Positions 57,068 through 64,000 of a stretch of 64,000 nucleotides of DNA are shown in pieces (position 1 is the stretch's first letter; each line of letters begins with the position of its first letter). The notes under the pieces were generated by a model, which had not been told where the DNA came from, made no database searches, and was given only the letters and a program-made list of their open reading frames with translations. The translations under genes and the position numbers were made by a program. The stretch lies in IMG/VR virus record IMGVR_UViG_3300046471_000229. One strand, 5' to 3'. Source of the DNA: an uncultured virus (IMG/VR IMGVR_UViG_3300046471_000229). Its lineage: Duplodnaviria > Heunggongvirae > Uroviricota > Caudoviricetes.

Positions 57068-57333
57068 TAGTCCGACCGGGCCTCACCTTACTCTGGAAAG
57101 TGCCACCATTTTGCGGATCAGTGATGGTAAAAGGCTGGACGGAATCGGGGCTGATCGAGCTGTATCACATGGACAGCGATCTGTTCTTCAGCGTTGTTCC
57201 GGATGTATTCAGCCAGTGCCGGACGCTAACTTTCAAGGATGAAACGTTACGGCTGATCAACCCACCACAATGGGAAATCCAGACTGCGATTTGGGCCAGA
57301 GCTTACCTACGTTGCGGCGTGCCTGCGACGTAG
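57064..57333 (+). CDS. hypothetical protein
   Basis: GTGA overlap with the upstream ORF. Confidence 0.45.
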   Translation: MIVRPGLTLLWKVPPFCGSVMVKGWTESGLIELYHMDSDLFFSVVPDVFSQCRTLTFKDETLRLINPPQWEIQTAIWARAYLRCGVPAT

Positions 57334-57384
57334 CCGACGACATCTGGCAACCTAAACAACATCACAAGACAAGCGGGTGCCATA

Positions 57385-57699
57385 ATGAAATTCCCTCAGA
57401 ACAACCCATTCATGCATTACCGCGACAACCTGATTCTTGCTGCGTTGGTTGAAATTGATCATTTGAATCGCCTCAGCGCCGCGTCGAGAAGCCTCTCCAA
57501 TGCGCTAGCTCCCTTCAATGAGCCAGAGGGCTTTCTGGGCCTTGTAAACGAACTGGCCTATAACGCTATCAATCACTCGGTACCGGAGATGATTGCTGAC
57601 CAGGTGCAGGAGGAATTGGAAGAGATGCCCATCACTCAGCTGGAACTGGATGATGTACTCAATAGGCCAATCGGCTCGGCCCTTCAGACTACTCTGTGA
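57385..57699 (+). CDS. hypothetical protein
   Basis: 104-aa ORF. Confidence 0.5.
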   Translation: MKFPQNNPFMHYRDNLILAALVEIDHLNRLSAASRSLSNALAPFNEPEGFLGLVNELAYNAINHSVPEMIADQVQEELEEMPITQLELDDVLNRPIGSALQTTL

Positions 57700-58954
57700 A
57701 CTTTTTGACCGGGCTCCGGCGAAAGCCTTTTCCCAGTGCGGGGTGTAATGCCATGACAATCCCAGCCTCCCACTCCTGACTGATCGCGGCGTGCAGGGTC
57801 GCGTCGAGGCGATCACGGTTGATTCGGAGGGCTTCGTACATTGCCTCGGCAATCCGACTGATCACGTCTTCTGGACGACGCACCATGCACTGGTTGGCGC
57901 CGAAGGCCAAAAGCTCCTCTCGGGTCGGATAGCTCTTCTGTCTATTCAACTTGAGCGCCATTGTGCGATCCACCAGGCTTTGCCCTGATTTCGGGTTGTA
58001 GTGGTCGTAGATTGTGGTTGTGGTCACGTCGAAAATCGGCGATAGCCTCACTGACGCCCTATCCCCTGGGTGGGTGTACAACAGGCCGAAATTCTTGAGG
58101 TGTGCGTCGCCGTTGCGCACCATCACCGAGAGGCAGAACGAGGCGAAGAACGCTTCCAGCTCGCGGCCCTTGTCGTAGCACAGGTCATTCACCACCCTGG
58201 AGACCACCTCGTAGCTCTGGGAGTACTTGTAGTTGTCGTGCTGATCCTTGGGCAGCCTGAGCAACACCGCCATGTCCTCGAAGCCCAGAGGGCCTTCCGG
58301 GGTTAAGTCGAACCGCTCCATGATAAACAGCTCGCCATTGTCCGAGAGCCAATAGGCCGGCGTCGAAATACCCGCCAACCGGGCCGCCTCCATGCACAGG
58401 AACTCATTCTGAGCCAAACCCTGGTACAGCTCGGAACCCGATTTCACAATCAAGTCAGAGGTCACCAGGTTAGCGCGACCGCCAGGCTCTTTATCCAGAT
58501 CCGGAATGAGCACCTTGGGTTGTACACCGGAAATGCCTGACGCAAAGTAAGCGTCGACCAGGAACTCAAAGATCTTTGCAGACTGCTTCTCGTTGAGAAG
58601 CTCTTTGAGTCCAACCTGCGGTGTTATCGGCGCCCCTGTCAACAGCGGATCGCGGAGCGTAAGGCGTCCAATCTGGTTTTCACCGATCAACGAGAGCATC
58701 CGCATCTCATCGAGCGGAAGATGCTTGGCCATCCTGCGCCGGATCTGATCGGCCAGGTACCCTTCAGGTACATTCATGTCGAAGATAGGGTGCAGTGTAC
58801 TCGACCTGAAGGGAGAGTTTGCGCTTGGCATGACCAGCGAAACTTCCCTCGCTTGCTCATCAGCTCCCTCATAGCTGTAAAGGAACTGGGAGCCTTTGTG
58901 CAAGACGCCCGACGGGCCTTCTGGTATGGCTACGTTCAGGTTCTTGATCTTCAT
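57689..58954 (-). CDS. hipA: HipA-family kinase toxin (with HipA N-terminal domain)
   Basis: PEGYL, ISGVQPK, NEF.CM, ERFD, FED, NGDAHLKNF, LSPIFD. Confidence 0.9.
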   Translation of the reverse strand: MKIKNLNVAIPEGPSGVLHKGSQFLYSYEGADEQAREVSLVMPSANSPFRSSTLHPIFDMNVPEGYLADQIRRRMAKHLPLDEMRMLSLIGENQIGRLTLRDPLLTGAPITPQVGLKELLNEKQSAKIFEFLVDAYFASGISGVQPKVLIPDLDKEPGGRANLVTSDLIVKSGSELYQGLAQNEFLCMEAARLAGISTPAYWLSDNGELFIMERFDLTPEGPLGFEDMAVLLRLPKDQHDNYKYSQSYEVVSRVVNDLCYDKGRELEAFFASFCLSVMVRNGDAHLKNFGLLYTHPGDRASVRLSPIFDVTTTTIYDHYNPKSGQSLVDRTMALKLNRQKSYPTREELLAFGANQCMVRRPEDVISRIAEAMYEALRINRDRLDATLHAAISQEWEAGIVMALHPALGKGFRRSPVKKFTE

Positions 58955-59163
58955 GCAATAACCTACCTTCACTTTCCCTTCGTTGTAACGAGAATGTTCA
59001 AGATATGGTAGCTGGTCAAGGGTTAATCGCTGCGATGACCATATGGTGAAATGGCCCCTCTAATCGATGGTAAACCCGCCTGAAAGGATCATTAGCCACA
59101 CAGCCATTCTGATATGATCTGCTCATTGCGCAATTCCACCAGGTCGCCCAGGAGGCCACTGCT

Positions 59164-59886
59164 TTGTCTATCGACTACATGGGGATCAAACGCACCAACA
59201 ATGCCATGGAGCTGGCCCTCACGCCTGAATGCGCCGATTTCAACACTGCTGTGCTGACCTGGTGGTTTGAGGCCACTGTGGAAATGTACCGGCGTGGAAA
59301 CACCCGTGCTGTGCTGGATGGCCCTACCCAGGCGTTTGTCGACGCAAATCGCCATGGGGCCAATACTGCTCGGTCGGCACTGAGCATGCCGGGAAAGCTG
59401 CTTCTCCAGTCCACGATCACCGCGTACGAGTCGCACCTGCGCAAAGGCATCGACAAGAACCTGTTGTTAATTGCCGCCGCTTACGAACATGCCCTCAAAT
59501 TGGCTGCGTGCACAGTCGAGAAGAAGTCGATTAGCTACACCCTGAAAAAGCACCGCGACAACAGCGCCCTTAGGGTTATGACTGTGCGCTCCGACGTACT
59601 GCAGGACTTTGGATTCGAAGGTGCAAGCCTGGCCCTCACTGTTCTAGTCAAGGCGGTTGAGCGGGATCTCAACAAAAAGGTCTCGATCTGGAACCTGCAT
59701 GAGGTATTCGGACAACACGACGCTGCACGCGTTTCTCCTGACTACGTAAGTGACGAGGTGTTTTTCCTTCACACTCACCTGGTCGAATACCTGTGCAGTA
59801 ACCTGACGCTGGCGGAAGTTAAGGCCAACCTCGGCGTGATCAAGACCCTGAACGACTACTTTGTAACCCTTGAAATACCCGCTTAA
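59164..59886 (+). CDS. hypothetical protein
   Basis: 240-aa ORF; AGGAGG RBS. Confidence 0.7.
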   Translation: MSIDYMGIKRTNNAMELALTPECADFNTAVLTWWFEATVEMYRRGNTRAVLDGPTQAFVDANRHGANTARSALSMPGKLLLQSTITAYESHLRKGIDKNLLLIAAAYEHALKLAACTVEKKSISYTLKKHRDNSALRVMTVRSDVLQDFGFEGASLALTVLVKAVERDLNKKVSIWNLHEVFGQHDAARVSPDYVSDEVFFLHTHLVEYLCSNLTLAEVKANLGVIKTLNDYFVTLEIPA

Positions 59887-59927
59887 AACACGGCAAAGAT
59901 TTATTTCCATTTGGCGTGTTATATCAT

Positions 59928-59944
59928 ATTGACAGTATGTCAAT
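59928..59944. promoter_or_regulatory. palindromic operator/-35 element upstream of the lipoprotein gene
   Basis: ATTGAC-AGTAT-GTCAAT. Confidence 0.55.
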
Positions 59945-59996
59945 TCATGGGCATCATCAAAGCTCATCACTGACATGTGTTTAAGGAAAGCCCTGC

Positions 59997-60386
59997 ATGA
60001 AAAAGACTCTGTTGCTGTCCGCCGCCGTAATGTCCCTGGCTCTGCTGGGTGGCTGTGCGCAAGTTAACTCCGTCGTGAAAAAGATGGATTACACCACCGG
60101 TACCCAAGTGACCGATCAGCAGCTGCAAAGCTTCAAGAAAGGCAAAACCACCCAGGATCAAGTGGTAGCTGCCATCGGTTATCCGGCCAGCAAAGCTGAA
60201 GTCACCGGCAAAGAAGTGTGGAGCTACCCCTACACCCTGATCGCGGCAATGCCGTTCGCGCCGAACAAGCAGGAAACCACAGTTTTCGAGTGGAACGCCA
60301 AGGGCGTCCTGCTGAACTTCTACAAAGCGGGCGGTTCTGCTGGTGGCTCGGGCAACGCCCTGCTGGACGCGGCCAACATCAAGTAA
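59997..60386 (+). CDS. BamE/SmpA/OmlA-domain lipoprotein
   Basis: lipobox LGGC; GKTTQDQVVAAIGYP...VWSY. Confidence 0.75.
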   Translation: MKKTLLLSAAVMSLALLGGCAQVNSVVKKMDYTTGTQVTDQQLQSFKKGKTTQDQVVAAIGYPASKAEVTGKEVWSYPYTLIAAMPFAPNKQETTVFEWNAKGVLLNFYKAGGSAGGSGNALLDAANIK

Positions 60387-60766
60387 CAATCCGTTTTCAA
60401 AGCAAGGTCAACATCGAAAGGTGTTGGCCTTTTCTTTTGCCACCCAAAAGTAACATGTCGGTAAAGATCTGTGCCGGGCAAGAGGAAAATCCAGAGCCCC
60501 TCGCCCACTCCGCGTCAGCGGCTTAAAGTTGGAGCCGACCACCCTGAGACACAAACGGGGGAACGCGGCGCCCGAGGTGATGCCCACTTTGCCGTCAACC
60601 GCCCTACACTGCACCTGGTTAAGCCAGATCTTCGATCTGAATGGGCGAGGCTTCTCTTGTCGAGGCCTCCACGACGGCTCGGGTTCCTGTGGCTATATAA
60701 TTATTATCCATATATTGACAACGACCCATAGGCGATTACCATCGTCTCCTCCTATTTCTCACCTGC

Positions 60767-62095
60767 TTGGCAAGGATCGTCGTGATGAGTACAGAAAGAC
60801 TGAGCATGCGCCGGGAACTCCTCGAGACCATCGAAAAGTCTTGGCGCGTGCCAAACGGTTACCCACAAAGCGTAAGCGAATATGCTGAAACGATGATCGT
60901 GAATGGCCTGCACGAATTGCGGGAAGCGCTGGCCAGGCCCGGCAAGACAGTGTCGCTGCTCCCGCTTCCTGAAACCCGCCATTCGCTGATGGGTGATCCC
61001 TCGACTGCAGCCTACACCGCAGAGCAGATGCAGGCATACGCCCTGTACAACGTTGATTCGCGAGTGGTCGCTTGGCACTTCCATCGGGATCCACGTGAGA
61101 ACGGCACCTTCGGCTTCAACTGGCCGGAGGTGAGTCGGATCATTCGCGAAGAAAAGAAGGCCATCAATGCCGCTGGCACCATCACGGAATCATCCCCCGG
61201 TACGCTCACGCCAATGGTGATTGACGACGTCCTCTCGATGCTAAGCAAGACGCTGATCAAGGTTTCCAGGCTTGAAAGCGCCGTCGAAGACGTAGAGAAG
61301 AAAAACGCTGAACTGACTCAGATGGTTCAGATCATGACGCCTGAGCGTGACATCTACAAGGCATCCAGCGAAGCCTTGGAAGATCAATGGGGTGAATCCC
61401 GACGGGAGCTGGAAAAGTTAGAGTCGCGGTTCGACCAGCAAGGTGCAACGCTGATCTCCTTGCGGAAGGTGCTCGACGGCGGCGATCCGGACTGGAAGGG
61501 CAAATCCATCAAGTTACTCGAGGAGTTGATTGCCTCATCGATTGAACCCGTTAGCGCACCTCGCAAGCATGTTGTGTCACTCGACGGCTCTGGTGCATTC
61601 AGCAGCGAACGTTCTAAATCAGCACAAACGATACTGGAATCGCTGTCCTCTCTTCCGATGGGCAAGGCCCCTGAGGGCGCGTTTAAGGCATGGCTGGAGC
61701 AAACCCACCCGATTGCCCTCGTCGAATCGGGGCGTTCCCTCAGCGATCAACACGCGGCCCTGCAGGCCCAGGTCGAAATGTTGAAAGACCCAGAGGTGGT
61801 TCTGGTCAACATGCTGCGAGGCAACATCGCCAAACCCAGTGTTCGTTCGATCAGTAAGCTCTTTGGCGAGGTTCTGAACGACGACGATGCCCAGTTGCTG
61901 GAGATTGCCATGCTGCGGGCTCACACCCGCGAGCTGAAGGAGCTCCTCAATCATTGGCTGCACCTGTCCAATGTCTGTGATGACAACCTGGCGCAGCTGG
62001 CGGTTGAAACCGCATCCGTTTTGAACGCCGGTGAAGTAGCCGAACGCACAAAACTGCAGAACGATGCAAACGGAGATCCAACCAATGGCCAATAA
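60767..62095 (+). CDS. hypothetical coiled-coil protein
   Basis: 442-aa ORF with a heptad-rich central region. Confidence 0.7.
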   Translation: MARIVVMSTERLSMRRELLETIEKSWRVPNGYPQSVSEYAETMIVNGLHELREALARPGKTVSLLPLPETRHSLMGDPSTAAYTAEQMQAYALYNVDSRVVAWHFHRDPRENGTFGFNWPEVSRIIREEKKAINAAGTITESSPGTLTPMVIDDVLSMLSKTLIKVSRLESAVEDVEKKNAELTQMVQIMTPERDIYKASSEALEDQWGESRRELEKLESRFDQQGATLISLRKVLDGGDPDWKGKSIKLLEELIASSIEPVSAPRKHVVSLDGSGAFSSERSKSAQTILESLSSLPMGKAPEGAFKAWLEQTHPIALVESGRSLSDQHAALQAQVEMLKDPEVVLVNMLRGNIAKPSVRSISKLFGEVLNDDDAQLLEIAMLRAHTRELKELLNHWLHLSNVCDDNLAQLAVETASVLNAGEVAERTKLQNDANGDPTNGQ

Positions 62096-62525
62096 ATGCG
62101 GACACGGTCGTAACTTTTGCATGGAGTGCCACACCCCCTCCACCCCGCCACAACCGGTGGTGACTCCAGACCCTGTGGCCTGGCGTATGTTCAATGGCGA
62201 AGGCGGCTACGACTTCACCGATGATGAAGAGACATCTGAGCGCTGGGCGAAGCACTTGGGGGAGAAATACGCCTCCTGGTTGACCAATCTCTACGACCAC
62301 CCGGACGCCCCTGAGATCGAGCGGATGAAGCGCGACTTGGTCGACCTACGTGAGAGCAGGATCAAGGAACTTGGGGAGATCCGCAAACTACGCGCCATGC
62401 TCACCCAGGCCACCGAACGCATCAAGGACATGTTGCAGGGCGATGATGGGCAAGCCTGGAAAGAGGCTGAGAAATTCATGAAAAGCTATGAAAGCTCAGA
62501 CCTGGTAGTTCAAAAAGCAGTTTGA
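62064..62525 (+). CDS. phage-type hypothetical protein
   Basis: PVAWR...LY..P pattern seen in phage early proteins. Confidence 0.55.
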   Translation: MQTEIQPMANKCGHGRNFCMECHTPSTPPQPVVTPDPVAWRMFNGEGGYDFTDDEETSERWAKHLGEKYASWLTNLYDHPDAPEIERMKRDLVDLRESRIKELGEIRKLRAMLTQATERIKDMLQGDDGQAWKEAEKFMKSYESSDLVVQKAV

Positions 62526-62583
62526 TTCTTGTTTGTTTCGATCCTGTGCCGGCTTTCTCGGCACAGGCTTCACGCGAATGGCC

Positions 62584-63024
62584 TTAGTGGCGACTGGCAG
62601 GCGTGTGGTGGTAGCTGCCTTTGGCAATGGCCAGGAACTTGTGAAGGCTCGCCCTGCCGATTTCCCTTTTAAACGAGGACACCACGTAGGTGCTGTTCAT
62701 CGTGGTCAGTACCCAGAAACGGCCCTGCTTTTCAGCCCGTTGAATGTCTGAGGTGCGGATGCGATGGCCGTCCACGAAACGCCCTGTAAAAGCGTTCTGA
62801 TTTTTGTGCTCAAACGTGACACCGACGGCAGTACAGGACGTGATGAACACATCACTCAAAAACGCGGTCACAGGTGTGTCAAAAACCTGAGCCTTCGCAC
62901 GCTCAAGTCGCTTTTGATGAAAGGCCGTGTGCCGCTTCTCGTGCACTTCAAGATCGATATTTTGAACCACTGCATAACTCCTTGCCTGTATAGTTAAGGT
63001 TCCTAATTTCCTGCACCTGATCAT
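62584..63024 (-). CDS. hypothetical protein, related to 26296..26733
   Basis: GRFVDGHRIRTSDI...TTMNSTYVV. Confidence 0.55.
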   Translation of the reverse strand: MIRCRKLGTLTIQARSYAVVQNIDLEVHEKRHTAFHQKRLERAKAQVFDTPVTAFLSDVFITSCTAVGVTFEHKNQNAFTGRFVDGHRIRTSDIQRAEKQGRFWVLTTMNSTYVVSSFKREIGRASLHKFLAIAKGSYHHTPASRH

Positions 63025-63102
63025 AGTTTTTTTGGCGATAGAAAAGGCTTTGATCGTAGGTTTTTAAATGATTTTTTATCCAACATTCAGGTTGGCCAGG
63101 AA

Positions 63103-63393
63103 GTGATCTTGAACGAGACGACGGCTAAATTGGTGTACAGCGTGCTGATCGACGAATGCGGTGCCCTGCCATCCGCCGAGAGCGCATTCACCCTGGCGTT
63201 CACCGAGGAAAATCCACCTCGCGAATTCCGCATCAATGGAAAGCTGGGGTTCGGCGGAAAATTCCGATTCCCAGGAATGTCTGTAGACTGCTACCCCGAA
63301 GATCACACCCCGGCCAGGGCAGTAATGATGCAGCAGGCGAACGACCGCCTTCGCTCAATTAATGAAATTGTGCTCAGTCAGCCTGTTTTCTGA
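63103..63393 (+). CDS. phage-type hypothetical protein
   Basis: EFRINGKLGFGGKF...CYPED. Confidence 0.6.
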   Translation: MILNETTAKLVYSVLIDECGALPSAESAFTLAFTEENPPREFRINGKLGFGGKFRFPGMSVDCYPEDHTPARAVMMQQANDRLRSINEIVLSQPVF

Positions 63394-63536
63394 TCCTCGC
63401 TGGCGCCAGTAATGCGATAGCCGGCGCACCAGAGATCAATTCGAAAAAACCACTTACCGTCATGGAGACCCGCGCCCACCCGGAGCATGCGGTTATTCGG
63501 GTCGAGGGGGATTTTCGTAAACTTCAGGTTTTTCAT
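63378..63536 (-). CDS. 52-aa small protein absent from the ORF track
   Basis: MKNLKFTKIPLDPNNRMLRVGAGLHDGKWFFRIDLWCAGYRITGASEDQKTG; GAGG RBS and A-rich leader. Confidence 0.5.
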   Translation of the reverse strand: MKNLKFTKIPLDPNNRMLRVGAGLHDGKWFFRIDLWCAGYRITGASEDQKTG

Positions 63537-63583
63537 TTGAGCCTCTTTGTTTTTATTTTTATTGGGCTTAATTCATTGCATGA

Positions 63584-63988
63584 TCAGGGCGCGTAGCCGT
63601 CGACCTCGTAGTCCCAGCGCTTTTCCAAGCGCTGATGCAGGTTCACCACACGACGCTTTTTAAAGTTGATCTCACCCTGGATGGTCAACCCCGTCGAACT
63701 CTTAATGGCAACGTCGAACATGCTGGAAATGCTTGGGGTCGTCTCAGCAAGTCGTGTAAGCACCTTTCCGAGTGAAAATAGCAACTCGCTGATCCCTTTG
63801 GTATTTTCAGGATTGAGGTAGCGAGCCTTCGTCTCCATAAATTCGTCCAGGATGCCGGTTACCTCAGCTCGTAAGGCTAAGTGCTCGTCTTCTGACAGGC
63901 CTGCCGGCCCACCGAACCCAACCTGGCCTTTCTCCAGCTCACGCTGATCTTTTATGCAACCACCATTGGGGAGATCATCTAGCTCCAA
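63584..63988 (-). CDS. hypothetical protein (may extend beyond the window) ending in DGYAP
   Basis: 134-aa ORF at the window edge. Confidence 0.5.
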   Translation of the reverse strand: MELDDLPNGGCIKDQRELEKGQVGFGGPAGLSEDEHLALRAEVTGILDEFMETKARYLNPENTKGISELLFSLGKVLTRLAETTPSISSMFDVAIKSSTGLTIQGEINFKKRRVVNLHQRLEKRWDYEVDGYAP

Positions 63989-64000
63989 AAAGAAGAGCCT

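Noticed and set aside
1..64000. tRNA/rRNA genes, IS elements, integrases, phage structural genes
   Set aside because: None recognised by eye, so replicon type (megaplasmid versus other large element) remains an inference.

Overview
This ~64 kb window is a dense, mixed-strand accessory region. It most likely comes from a Pseudomonas-type megaplasmid or another large mobile replicon; this is inferred from gene content and from the absence of rRNA, tRNA or housekeeping operons. The centrepiece (26.8-35.2 kb) is an atypical type I-F CRISPR-Cas locus. It has a stand-alone cas3 without the usual Cas2 fusion, transcribed divergently from the array, then cas8f-cas5f-cas7f-cas6f and an Aca1-like HTH gene. 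No cas1 or cas2 is present in the window. The ~20-unit array keeps the I-F architecture (5-nt lead, CCACC/GGTGG stem, 8-nt TTTTGAAA handle), but nearly every repeat loop differs. Spacers fall into a canonical class (30-32 nt) and a short class (13-25 nt), suggesting guides used for something other than ordinary interference. Other content: a Shedu-like nuclease, two chemoreceptors, a WaaZ-like LPS enzyme, umuDC with a LexA box and an apparently catalytically dead UmuD, a LigD-type ligase, an RNA ligase, an orphan HipA, two minimal nucleotidyltransferases, three small Cys-His-Asp papain-like proteins, and many hypothetical proteins sharing short C-terminal tags (DLGL, xPSP, GYAP). All protein family calls are by motif recognition only; no database searches were run.
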